NCBI RefSeq assembly: GCF_006345805.1
Contig: NC_043024.1
Coordinates: forward strand, 12,834,001-12,898,000
DNA: 64,000 nucleotides
Reading direction: 5' to 3'
Source of the DNA: Octopus sinensis
Taxonomy: Eukaryota
In this document: positions 10,851-23,562 of the stretch, one piece after another
How positions within the stretch are numbered: the first letter of the stretch is position 1
Layout: every line of letters begins with the position of its first letter
Program-made: the position numbers and the translations under genes
Notes under the pieces: generated by a model
Databases searched by the model: none
What the model was told of the DNA's origin: nothing
Seen by the model: only the letters and a program-made list of their open reading frames with translations

Positions 10851-12320
10851 GGGTGTATATATATTTATGGATGTTGGAAAATATGTAAAGGAAAACGATT
10901 TTATCAACCATTACACAAACAAGTGTGTTTACTGCCATTCAGAAATCCCCAAACACACGTCGCATACACACACACACACACACATACACACATCTATGAA
11001 CAATTATTGCCCCACCTTTCAGACAAACATGTTCAGAAAGTATGGAAGGACGGCGGGGAAAACAGTGAAATTGATATATCTGGTGGTTTTTTAATCTCAC
11101 AATAAAAGAAAAATAAATATCAGACACACAAACAAACAAATAACGTAATAAATAATTGAAATTCGTTAATTGGAATATATCTAATTAGCCAATTAGTGTG
11201 TTCTTAAAAGAACTGCGAGAGAAATGATGCTGTCTTAAAGATTTAGTTAAGATATGTTGTTTTGAAGGCGCTGGTGTAATTCGATATGACAAGGGAAATA
11301 ACCGGGTTTTAATAAGTGTGTATGAGGAACCCGGCAGAAATAACAGCCAAATATCTTTTACAGCGCTCACTATTTGAAATGGAGGAAAGAGATAAATGGG
11401 ACATTCGAGTCTTACGTATGCGATGCTTGTATGTATTATTGATGGTGCAGTCATGGCTAGAACGCATTTGATCCGAAGTCTGCTCAGTTTGGATGAGACA
11501 ACCAAATAAAAAGTATTCTGATTGTTGGTATCACGTGACCTGTTTACCTGCTTTAGTAGTTTTGAATAAGGGACCAGAATTACATCCGCGTACCTGTGTC
11601 AGGTGTGTAGTATGTATGTGTGTGTGTGTGTGTGTGTATGTGCTTGTGTGAAAGATAGTGTATGTGTGTATATATAAATATGGGTGGGAGATTGCTCGTG
11701 TATTCGTGGTAGAGTGTTTGTATATGTATGTTGTGTACGTGTATGTGTAAGTGTGTGGGCTCTTTGTGTGTGTGTATGCGTGTGGTATTTTGTTACAATA
11801 AGGTGTGGTAGGAGCAAGTAAGTTGCATTCAAAATGTTTTCGTATTTGTAATGATGGCAAAAGTTAACTATTTTTGACTGCGATATCTTTGTCGATGAGT
11901 CGGTCATCGGATGGAATAACAACGAAGGAAATTTTGATAAATGACAACTGAATAATTTTAGGCAATAGTGGCAGGAAAGGAAAAATGTTTACAAAATTTC
12001 GGCTTGGTTTTAGTCCTTTTATATTTGAAAGTAATCTAAATATCACTACTATAAATGTAGAAGAAAAAAAATAGTTTGAATATTCTAGTTTTATAGAAGC
12101 AATTCACATGTGAATGACGGTGTAATCCCGGCCAGTTTCGAACCAACAACCTCAAGTATGATAAGAAATAAAGTGGTTCAATTGCGGTCATGAAGTTAAA
12201 AACTGTATCTTAAACTTACGTTAAAATAATTCTCGACCGCAATTTTGCATCGCTATTTAATATTAATAATTAACAAGTCTGTTGAGAGACTGAACATATC
12301 TCACTGGAAATTATTCATGT

Positions 12321-12373
<53 letters not shown>

Positions 12374-12639
12374 CGTCACCCAACTGCACACAAGAGATTT
12401 TACCAAATTTATAAACAAACTGTTGTTATGGATATTGTAGAAGTTATTCCTGAAAGTTTATGCATGGAGTGCTGAACGCCTACGTATCATCTGCCATTTG
12501 TTACCGCCAGAACGTTCTGCTTTGGCCCGCTTCTCGTCTAGTAAGGCTGGATTCTCTGCTTTTCTGATTCTATGCACAGAAGGAATGCATTCCGTTAATG
12601 AGGCCATCTTTTGATATCAATGTCCCTGAAAGGAGGAGT

Positions 12640-13085
12640 GGATAGTTATAGTCGAAGATCCACCGTTAAGCGCTAAGACTACTTCATCTCCTGCGATCTC
12701 TTAAGTGGACGAACGGGATCACTTTTCTACAGCTCGTCTTTTTCACAAGCAAAGGCCGCAACACGGTGCTTGGCATCTGGAATATGTCGAAGCGCTCACA
12801 CCCCACTACCATTCGGACAATACGATGGATTGAACTGTAGAAGATTAGTGACGGACAAACACGAGGACGTTGTTGGCAAAACTGGACATAGATGAAAATC
12901 AACAAACAGGCCTATTTCGAAATTTCGAAGTGAATGAATGTGGCAAGCATGCTCCGAGTAAACGGACCGACTCTGATCAGAGTCCTGCAAATTGGAAGAT
13001 AACTGGGAGAGGACATTAGTATCATACTCGAAGGTTTTTCAACCCCTGTGCTTAAAGAAACTATCATCATCATCATCATCATCTT
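12640..13085 (+). mobile_element. Possible highly decayed RTE-type LINE 3' end
   Basis: GQTRGRCWQNW resembles the RTE G.R.RGRP...W motif; ends in (CAT)n. No clean frame. Confidence 0.35.
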
Positions 13086-14123
13086 CATCACCACTGTTAT
13101 TACATGGGCTACGATCTGGTAGAACCCTCTGGGCGCCAAGAGAAATTATTTTGATCTAGCTTTTTACGCTTCGAGCTTAAATTGAGCTGAGGACAACTTT
13201 TCCTCACACGTTTTTCCACGGTCGATAAAAATAGAGTAGTACCAATTAGCCAACTCGCTGGTTCTGAGTTCAAATTCTGCTGAAGCTGACTTCAGTTTTC
13301 ATGCTTTCGGCGTTGATAAAATATGTATTGATCAAGAACTGAGGTCGATGTAATCGACTTACCACGGCCTTTTACCTATTAGCAGAGAGGATTATTAATG
13401 GTAGTGTTATAAGTAACATTAGTAGCAACAAAAGTGGAACTAGGTGAAGAGGGAGGGAAGATAATGGAAGGCGAGGAGGAAGATAATGGTAAACAGCAGG
13501 AGCCTTAATAGCAGCCTCGTCGTTTGTGTTGGTACTGTATCCATACTCTAGCGTTGGGTGGTAATTGGCAACTTTGCAAACCGATTCCTTTTATTTTGTT
13601 TTCCATGACTTGTTTGACGTTTCGGTTATTATCAAGGAAAAAAAAGTTTTCCTTTCCCAGCAACGAATCGGTTATTGTTTACTGAAAGGCTTGTTTTATA
13701 TCCGTATGAATCTGCCGTTGCGATTATAAATTGTTTTGTTCTTTCAATATTGTATATACACACTGCACTTTACATTGTTTCGCGGTGTTTGTGATTGTGT
13801 CAGATTATAAACTCTCTAAGAAATGGAAGACATATAAATGGAACAATACTCCATTGTTGTCTTGTATTGCGTTGTTGCTTTGCCAATGCAAACAGTTGCC
13901 GTTTGTTTTTTCTTGTCTTTGTTTGTTTTTTGTTGTTTCTAAACCCAACTGGCAAACATCTGCCGCTGGAATCTCCGATTTACTGTTGCACAGATACGTG
14001 ATGCTGTTGTTGTTGTTGATGTTGCTGTTGTTTATGATTTTGCTATTACCAGCGCTGCTTCTCCTGAAATATGTTATGGTTTCTGGACACAATTCACGTG
14101 TACATACCTTCAGAATTATATAG

Positions 14124-14193
<70 letters not shown>

Positions 14194-14225
14194 ATTTCAT
14201 ATATATATATATATATACACACATA

Positions 14226-14267
<42 letters not shown>

Positions 14268-14438
14268 ATTTCATATATATATATATTTACCTATATACAT
14301 ATATATTCATATACACACACACACATATATATATATACATATTCATATCTATATACATACATATCCATATATACATGCATATTCATATATACACACATAC
14401 ATATGCATTCATCCGTATATACATACATATATGTTCAT

Positions 14439-14470
<32 letters not shown>

Positions 14471-14680
14471 AATATATATAATCGAAACAAGAAGCGTGCA
14501 CTCTTTCTATGGGAAGTACAGTATGAGATTAAAATATATTTCGACTAAAAGTTTCGCTCCTCGACTGGTCTTTCATAACAAATGACTTTCATGCAAATAT
14601 CAATACTCACATACAACACATTCTCTCTCTCATACACGCACACACACACATATAAATGGGAATATCGATGGTATATATAA

Positions 14681-14739
<59 letters not shown>

Positions 14740-15061
14740 TGGGGGTGAGATGAATATGGATATACATATGACAGTCTAGGGATACCTTTGAACCCTTTTA
14801 TTTATTTCAATTAGGGGACTGTCGCGTTGCTGAGGCACGCCATGAAGTGCATATTTAAAAAAAATCCTGGTTCCTGTTCTATCGGTTACTTTCGCCGAAC
14901 TGCTTGGTTACGGAGACTCAAAAAGGAAGCAGATAAAGTCCGAAGCAGATCACCTGAACACCATTCCTGGTCACAGTTCTGCCAATTATTGGTCAACAAA
15001 CTGCACAGAGGCGTTTCTTGCGATCAAATGTTTGTACTGTATATTTTTTTCTACTCTAGGC

Positions 15062-15255
15062 ACGAGATCCGAAATGTTGGGGGAGGGGAAAGTCGATGAG
15101 ATCGGCGCCAGTGCGCAACCGGTACTTGTTTTATCGACCCCGAATGGATGAAAGGCAAAGTCGACCTCGGCGTAATTTGAACTCAGAACTAGACAGACAG
15201 AATACCGCTAGGCATTTCGCCCGGCGTGCTAACGTTTCTGCCAGCTCGCCGCCTT
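15062..15255 (-). mobile_element. SINE group C
   Basis: Contains GGCAAAGTCGACCTCGGCG...GAACTCAGAAC...CTGCCAGCTCGCCGCCTT. Confidence 0.85.
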
Positions 15256-15759
15256 AGTATTTGCGCTGTATATTACTTCACTCCATCCATCGACATTGAA
15301 TCTACACGTTAACAGTGTGTTGTGTGTCTGAGGTTAAACGGAATGCAGATGAAGCCTTTTGCTGATGAACACTAAGTACTGCCCAGTCCAGGAATCGAAA
15401 CCACGCACTTGGGATTGTTAGTGCAACAGCTTAAGCACTTGGCCAAGTGCTTTAAAGTCATATGTATATATAAACATCTATATATACATACATATATATG
15501 TATGTATATATATATATATCCACAAACATCCACGCATAGCTCCCCGTATATATATATATGTGTGTGTGTGTGTCTGTGTGTATTTACGCACACGCGAATG
15601 TATGAATGTGTATATGACACTTAAGCAAAGCGAATACAATATAGATTGAAAGCATAATCTCTTTATTTGTGCGGTTAACAATATTTATTTATATATGTTA
15701 ATTTTAAGAGAATAAATAAGGACACAGGGAAATCCCATTAGAATTCTCCAAGAGAGAAG

Positions 15760-15801
<42 letters not shown>

Positions 15802-16732
15802 CATATGTGAGTATTTATATGTGCGTGTGGATGTATGTGTGCTTATATAATTAATTTTAAAGGTAAGAAACAAAAAAGTGTAGCAAAACCGAAAACAACA
15901 ACAACAACACCAATCACTACGAGTAGAACTACGGCACGCAGAGCTGTGGTAGGAAAAACCTTTTTAGCGAAGCATTGTCGTTTATCTTCACGCTTCACTA
16001 AACTTCGTAATACATAATTCATCACTCGTTGTTAATTGAGAAGGAAGCTCAAGGTTTGCCAATAAGCAAATAAATAAAGTTAAAAGAATATAGAAAATTA
16101 TATTAATACCGAGATTGCAATAAATATTGAAGAAATTTCTAAATAGATTGATAGTACGCTGTGCCCATTCGCTATATTTCATATTTGATTATTAAAGTAC
16201 CGGTAATAATAATAATAATAATAATGATTATGATGAAGAGGATGATGATAATAATAATAATAATAATATTAATAATAATAGTAGTAATTCATTATAATGA
16301 TACTCTAATGATAATAATGATAATAATATATTGAAAAATATCTAATACTATAATTTTTAAGAATATTCCCATCACAAATTGACTCTTTGGAATTGCTTTA
16401 TGCGTTTTAATGTTTGGTTTGCAGTGGAAAAGGAACGGCAAATCTTTCAGTACACACCTCACGTTCGTGTTCACATTCATTCGCTGTTTACTTCATTCAA
16501 ACATGTGTGCTTGCCTATATGCACACATGTATACATACATATAAGAGAACATACAAATTTGCACATGTGGTGACACGAAATACTGTCCATATATATATAT
16601 ACATACACACAAATACATGCAAAAGTACTCTCTTGATGTTGTTGAAATTCCAATGAAGGAGCCTTGGATCTAGGTTAGAAACTGGCTCTTTCTGTACTGG
16701 CAAGAAATCTTGAAATAAAACTTAATAATACA

Positions 16733-17189
16733 TAGATGGTGGTTGTCTACTCCTTATGTAGAGTCTGACCACCTCCTGTACCTACACCTTAGCACTATCA
16801 TGGCATCTGATGTGGCTTTTTAAACCAGACAATTTATTGAAAAGACATCCACATAGATTGCACCTCTGATTTGGACCACCAATACCTGCAGATAAGTTCT
16901 GCTCTTTGTGGATCTTAAGATGTCTTTTAAGGCCTCCGTTGGATTTGCAAACCTTCTGGCATACACTGCATTCAAAGGTGTGTACAGACATATAGGCAGA
17001 ATAGTTGGCAGAGGTTCGTTTTCCATGCGTTCTCAGATGAGATTTGAGGCCAGCAAAAGACAGGCATGGTCCGCCACAGACTGTGCACACAAAAAGTTCA
17101 TTGTCATTCACCTTCTCGATCGGAATATTTTTCCTTAAATCTCTTTTGATTCTTGCGTTATCCTGGCCTCTTCAAACGCTTTCACTCCA
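16733..17189 (-). mobile_element. RTE-clade LINE 3' end with three tandem C2H2 zinc fingers
   Basis: ORF 16782-17111 has three CxxC-x12-HxxxH fingers. Upstream, across a 1-nt frameshift, GVKAFEEAR...KRDLRK matches the RTE ORF2 motif preceding the terminal finger. Short stem-loop 3' UTR. Confidence 0.8.
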
Positions 17190-17547
17190 CATACATACAT
17201 ACATACATACATACATACATACATAAAGAGATAAATATACACAAACTCACATATACATAAAGGATGCGTAATACGGGCATAAACACATACATAGAAGCAC
17301 AATGTGCGTGTGTGCGTGAATGAACGCATATATATATAATATATATGTATATATATATATATATTATAAACAATAAGGGTGGATTATTAGCAATTTTTCA
17401 GCCGAAAGGCAAAAATATATACAACACTAAAGCACCTGAGGGTGCTATTCAGCACCAGTATTGCTAGACATAAGAGTCAAAACGACTCAAAGCCAGAATA
17501 ATGCTGCGTCTAATTTACTAACAAGGAAGGCAAACACCTTAACGTGC

Positions 17548-17696
17548 ATAGCCAGATCAGTGATTTCGCATTTACCTTGACACTCGTTAGTGGGTCTCAC
17601 CTTGGGTTAAAGTTATCTGCCCTTGCCAGCTTGAGGCGTTGGTGAGCCACTGACAAACGTTAATGTAAATGCAAAAATCACTGGTGATCTGGCTAT
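17548..17696. repeat. Imperfect hairpin (arms about 53-56 bp, loop about 40 nt)
   Basis: ATAGCCAGATC-AGTGATTT..GCATTTAC...CTCACC pairs with GGTGAG...GTAAATGC..AATCACT...GATCTGGCTAT. Confidence 0.85.
17601..17649 (-). other. Candidate 49-nt exon in the hairpin loop
   Basis: Minus: tttttgcatttacattaacgtttgtcag|TGGCTC...CCCAAG|gtgaga. No transcript evidence. Confidence 0.35.
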
Positions 17697-17862
17697 ACCC
17701 GGTGCTGAGGGAGCTTGCACCCCTGGTCACTAAATAAGACGGTACGTCATTCTGGCTATGAATTGTTTTGTATTTACAAGTGTATACATACACACACACC
17801 GAGATGTGCGTATGTGTGTGTATACGCACCCCCCCCCACATATATATATATATTCTTTTATT

Positions 17863-18075
17863 TTTTTACTTGTTGTAGTCATTTGGCTACCGCCATGCTA
17901 AAGAGCACCGCTTTAAAAGATTTTAGTCGAACAAATCGGCTCCAGGCCTTATTCCTTTTAAGCTTTGTGCTTCTTCTATCAGTCTCTTTTGTCGAACTGC
18001 TAGTTTGCGCGGACGTAAACATGTCAACATCGGTCGTCAAGCGTTGATGGTGGGGGACAAACACAGACAAAAAGA
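17863..18075 (-). mobile_element. SINE group A, 3' half
   Basis: Reverse-complement similarity to the 3' half of 3613-4036. Confidence 0.8.
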
Positions 18076-18089
18076 CACATACACACACC

Positions 18090-18154
<65 letters not shown>

Positions 18155-18162
18155 TACACACT

Positions 18163-18439
18163 TCTAATATAAGAACAAAAACAAAAGAAAATTCTTTGCC
18201 AATATACTGAAAAATAGACGCTAAATCGTCTAAGCACATAAAATATTTTCCCCAATCACGTGTCGAAACGAGAAAAGCAAGATAACAGAAATTCATAAAA
18301 ATATAGTTATCCCCGAATCGGTTCCGATTTCTGGATTAATGCAAAAAGTGGAAATATTTTATGTGGTAAAACGATTTAGTGTCTATTTTTCAGCATATTG
18401 GCAAAGAAACTTCTTTTTCTTTTTGCTCTTATCTAAAAT
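18163..18439. repeat. Diverged inverted repeat / MITE-like, arms about 89 bp
   Basis: 18163-18251 and 18350-18439 are reverse complements with scattered mismatches; microsatellites flank both sides. Confidence 0.85.
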
Positions 18440-18514
<75 letters not shown>

Positions 18515-19086
18515 TCTACACACGCATGTCGTTTGTTTTGTCTTTTCTTGCAGATCTTTGTGTCACATATGCTCTCTATGTCCTGTCTATAACACTGTAT
18601 TTATCTATTATTTTCTATTTATTTATTATTGTCATCATCTTTTTCTACTTCCCCTCCCCCTCCTCTTCTTTCTCTCCTTTTCTTCCCCTCCTCCTCGTCC
18701 TCTGCATAGTCTTCTTATCTTCCTTCCCCTCTGCATTCTTCTGCTCTCCCTCCTTCTTACGACAGTCGATTGCCACAATCGACAGAATGTCATTCTTTTC
18801 CCTGCTTTAAGTTCAAAATCTCTCAGTTCCGGCGACAATTCCTTCTGTCTCATTTCCCTCTTCTTTCATCTTTATTCTTCTCTGTTATTTTTTTCTTTTA
18901 GTTCTAAATGTTTCTATTTTCTTCTTTAAATCCTTCCACTGGAATCGTTTAAAGAAATTTTCCAGCCAAGTAGGAAAGTCCACGTAATTAACTGATAACC
19001 TCGTCACAAATCCAGACATTTTGGTCACGTGTGTTGCTAAGGGAAAAGTGATAATCGAACAAACCAATTCCAATATTTGATTTTCC

Positions 19087-19482
19087 TTTACTTGTTTCGG
19101 TCATTTGATTGCGGCCATACTGGAGTACCACTTTTTGTCGAACAGATCGACCCCAGGACTTATTCTTTGTAAGCCTAGTACTTATTCTATCGGGATCTTT
19201 TGTCGAACCGCTAAGTGACGGGATGCAAATACACCAACATCAGTTGTCAAGTGATGGTTAGGGAAGGGTACAAACACACAAATAGCAAACGCACACATAC
19301 ATATATTTATACATATATATATACGACGGGCTTCTTTCAGTTTCCGTCTACGAAATCTACTCACGGCTTTGATCAGCCCGAGGCTATAGTAGAAGACATT
19401 TGCCCAAGGTGCCACGCAGTAGGACTGAACCTGGAACCATGTGGTTGGGAAATAAGCTTCTTACCACACAGCCACTGCTGCG
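19087..19482 (-). mobile_element. SINE group A, full length
   Basis: Reverse complement of the group A structure. Confidence 0.9.
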
Positions 19483-19810
19483 ATTTTATTTTGTAAAACT
19501 GAGGTCGACGACAATCAATGCTGACCTGAACAAAATTTGAAATCAGAACCACAAAATATTGCGTAAATTCCCCAGCATGGCCACAGCTCGTGAGCTGAAA
19601 CTAGATAAAATAAAATAAAATAAAATAAAATTAGTGCCCATAATGAACATAAGTTAGAAAATATTGTTTAGGTACATGTGGTGTACTCTGGTGACAATTA
19701 TTATAAGAAAAGTCGTCATTTCTAGATTACTTGTGAGGTGGTTAGAATTTTGAATTTGAAACCCTACCCTGTGTCTTTTTCAACTTGTGAAGGGGGTCCG
19801 AGTTGAAGTG

Positions 19811-20003
19811 GCTAGACCCATGGTACTTCCATAGACGGTTCACATGCACAGTTTTAGGACGAGACCACTTACCTTATCGAATCCGTGTCGTCACATCGGA
19901 CAGGAGATTCATCACAGTATAAGGTAAAATCCGATAGACTTCTGCAGCTTAGGTAACTGTTTCTTCTTCCTTTGTGGGTTATGAAACCACACTTCCACAT
20001 CGG
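19811..20003 (-). mobile_element. Ty3/Gypsy integrase C-terminal (GPY/F) remnant
   Basis: VWFHNPQRKKKQLPKLQ...PYTVMNLLSDV..RI...KTVHVNRLWKYHG across a frameshift. No LTRs identified. Confidence 0.65.
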
Positions 20004-21474
20004 GAAAACTCGATTTCTGTACTAAACATTTTCCCGGCAACGACTACATGGCAACGACTACATGGCAACGACTACTGCCTAAAAACCGTCTACGTCGGCT
20101 TTCATCTCGTCGTCCCGTCGCAATTCTTCCAGAACTTCGAACTATCGGTTCACATTGGTTTTCACTGCGAACTAACTCGCCACCTGTGACCTAGTTTCGC
20201 TGACACCATTAAAACGCACCTGCATCAGACCGACTTACGCTTTAAACAGTCACGTGACCACAAAGACTTATTTTTTTCGTCTTCGCTTGCAAAACGAGAG
20301 AGCCGTGTTCTAGTTCACGTCGTACGAATAAAAAAATTATCTAAATATTATTTTTTCGTTCGTTACAATGTTTAATATTTGTCTTTTAATCATTACAAAG
20401 CTCTTAAATATTCTAGTCATAGGCAGCCATGTACAGCGCCGTTGAAAACTGTTTATTTGCTGGAAAGTAATGGTTCAATACAAGGCGATATATTCGTTTT
20501 GTTCATTTATATTTTGAGTTTTACCACATCTTCTTTGAGACTTACTCTTCATGACTACCGCATGTGCCCATGCGCCGTGTAAAAGAATAAGTTGTGATAT
20601 AAGGAAGGATTTTATACTATTTTTAGTAAAAGGCTCCCTTTATTTCTTTGCGAAATAGTCACTATCAGGTTTAGGCTGTGATCACGATGCTTGATATTTC
20701 AGCCTTGAAAATTCACGCAATGGCAGTCAGCCGATATGACATGCTGTTGACGTCACGGTGAAACATGTTGCGTGTTGGACACCTTCAGAATGTCTGAGCT
20801 TTAGCTTTCTCAGTTTCATGACATATCGCATCTTCTTCCACGTGATTTGTGAGCAAATAGTGAATGTGGCCAGAGTAGTTACGTTTAGTCTATAGATAAG
20901 GTTTATTACATATAGGCGAGAAATTTTGATTTAAACTTTGGTATTTCATATCAATATTTAGATTAATATGGTCGTTTAAGCCGAAGGGCAACACTTGACT
21001 AGATCTTAGAGAACACAGGTGTAAGCACTGCCCTGATATACTTTGGATGTCTGTTCACACTAAATAATTTGTGTTAAAGAACTTAACATCACGACGTCGC
21101 GTTCAGGTTAAACCAGGCTTTTTCTTCAAGGTGTTATAATGTTTTCTTAATATGTAGCATTTTACATCCACCACAGCTGCCATTTCTTTGCCTCATTTAT
21201 GTACGTATACCACGTTTGATGATGAACAAGTTCTAATCAAATTTCTCAACATATAATTCATTCAATTACCATACTTAAAGCAAACATCTGTGTAGGATTT
21301 CTTTCTCTGAATAAAGAGCCATCTTTGTAGACGAAACGCTATTTGATTCTGAACATTGAACACTTTCCTGTGTGTAGACACAGAAAGTGATGGAGCTCGA
21401 GTTCTCATATGATTGGCACATCTTGACAAAATCTGACAGTTTTCTAAATTGTATCAACTCAGGTTACGGTCGAA

Positions 21475-21910
21475 GGATCTTTTCGGTTTGAACGGCAGTT
21501 TTTTCTAGCGGTGTCATATGAAATTGTTACCCATAATTATGACCCTAGTATCGATCTATTGCATTTCAATCTATTTTAGGGTTAGGGTTAGAGTTAGTTA
21601 AGGTTAGGGTGGGGGAAGTGTATCTTTTTTTTCTTCACAAATGTAAATAAACCCAATCTGTTTCTTAATCGCGGGACGTTTTCATACGGCACAGAATGTT
21701 TTTTACCTCAATAGACGTCAGTGATTGGTTGAAATTTCAGAAATTGAAAAAAAAAAAAACCGACAAATATCTTACTAACTATAGAAGTTTCTCAATAAAG
21801 CCAAGAGAAAAATATGTTTTATAAACACTTTCTACCAGTATACGAAGTTTAAAAGTGTTTTGTTACGTGGAAATTATTTTAAAAAACTGCCGTTCAAACC
21901 GAAAAGATCC
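21475..21910. mobile_element. Non-autonomous DNA transposon, 30-bp perfect TIR, 8-bp TSD (Merlin-like)
   Basis: TIR GGATCTTTTCGGTTTGAACGGCAGTTTTTT at 21475-21504 and 21881-21910; TSD CGGTCGAA at 21467-21474 and 21911-21918; internal degenerate TTAGGG run. Confidence 0.92.
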
Positions 21911-22987
21911 CGGTCGAATATTGATGGATTGTATAAAAGAATTGACGCACTTATATACATCATATACACTGCTAAAAGTATATACACACTCACACAAAAT
22001 GATATATACTAGCGGGACCCGTCAACATTTCACAGAATAGTAAACCTGTTGGGTTATTTCTGAAAACTTTAACTTAAAAACTTGAAAGTGAAGCCCGTTT
22101 TGTGTCTGTACCAAAAGAAAGTCGCTTATCTGCAATTTATTGAAAAATGTAGGAAATTGGAATACATGCACAGGTGGGCATGGATCCACATCTCTTGTCT
22201 ACAGGAGATGTGCGTTCGAGTTCCATAATTAACTTTCGGTTGAAATTATTTCCTGTTCAATATCTTCTTCGAAATGCAAATTAATAAAGAATTATCTCAC
22301 ATTCTCTCGAAAATGTATGGACTTTCATGGCATCAGCAATATGTATTTATACATGCACAGACAGACACACACGTATGTGAGTGTGTGTGTGTGTGTGTGT
22401 GTGTTTGTAGAAAAGTTGCAAAGAATTAATATTCATTCCTTGTCAACAATATTTATTACCTTTACACCTGTTTCAAATAGTATTTGTCACACACTTAGTT
22501 TTGTATGTTTAATCGACCCATCGGCTCATTAATTAATTCACCAAGTTTTCGGAGCTGTTAAGTACTAAACCATTCTTTTCAAATTATTTCTGTTCGGTTT
22601 CATGTTTACCACGAGGGCAAGAGAAAGAGCGTAATAGAAACTATCTCTTAATTTATTACAATACATCAGGGTTGGCACCACTTATCAGATGCATTAATGT
22701 GTACAACGAGGAGAACGTAACAGCTTGACAATGTCTCACTCTTAATTCGTCAAGCAGTTAAGTGCAAAATAATTTACAGTAGAAATTATTCTATTATATT
22801 CTGCAAGGGGTCAATTCATTTGACTAAAATGTGTTCAAGGTGGCCGCAGTCCAATGACTGAAAGAAGCAAAGGATAAAACCTAATGTCAAAAATACACAG
22901 TAAAACTTTGTTTATCAAGATTGTTAGGGATTTATTAATGTTGCCACAGTCGAATAATTTTACACGAAATAAAATACATTCAACAGA

Positions 22988-23311
22988 TGGATGGAAGCAC
23001 TCCGTCGGTTACAACGATGAGGGTTCCGGTTGATCCGAATCAACGGAACAGCCTGCTCGTGAAATTAACGTGTAAGTGGCTGAGCACTCCACAGACACGT
23101 GCACCCTTAACGTAGTTCTCTGGGATATTCAGCGTGACACAGAGAGTGACAAGCCGGTCCCTTAAAATACAGGTACAACAGAAATAGGAAGTAAGAGTGA
23201 CAGAAAGTTGTGGTGAAAGAGTACAGCAGGGATCACCACCATCCCCTGCCGGAGCCTCGTGGAGCTTTTAGGTGTTTTCGCTCAATAAACACTCACAACG
23301 CCCGGTCTGGG
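22988..23311 (-). mobile_element. 5'-truncated SINE group B (tail type 2) with 15-bp TSD
   Basis: TSD AATACATTCAACAGA at 22973-22987 and 23312-23326; head cut at the B box. Confidence 0.92.
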
Positions 23312-23562
23312 AATACATTCAACAGAAAAATGAGGATGGAAGAATTCTGTATTGGGATGAAAGTCTGGATGCAGAAAAATGATGCATAGAAAGGATCAAG
23401 TAGATAAGGCATGGCCGTATGGTTGAGAAACTTGTTGCACAATCACTTTGACTGAAACATGTAACCCATATATACCCCCTGTTTGTGTTTTCGCAACGCA
23501 AAACTTGTAAAATTACTATTTTTAAATCTCCCAACGTGGGATATTCAGCTACAGTACTTTGT

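Noticed and set aside
16782-17111. Host C2H2 zinc-finger gene
   Set aside because: The upstream motif and 3' structure indicate an RTE ORF2 terminus, and there are no TGEKP linkers.
20200-20215. Primer-binding site TGGTGTCAG upstream of the Gypsy remnant
   Set aside because: Not preceded by an LTR-ending CA, and no LTR pair was found.
21587-21610. Telomere or chromosome-fusion scar
   Set aside because: It is a short degenerate tract inside a TIR/TSD-bounded element.
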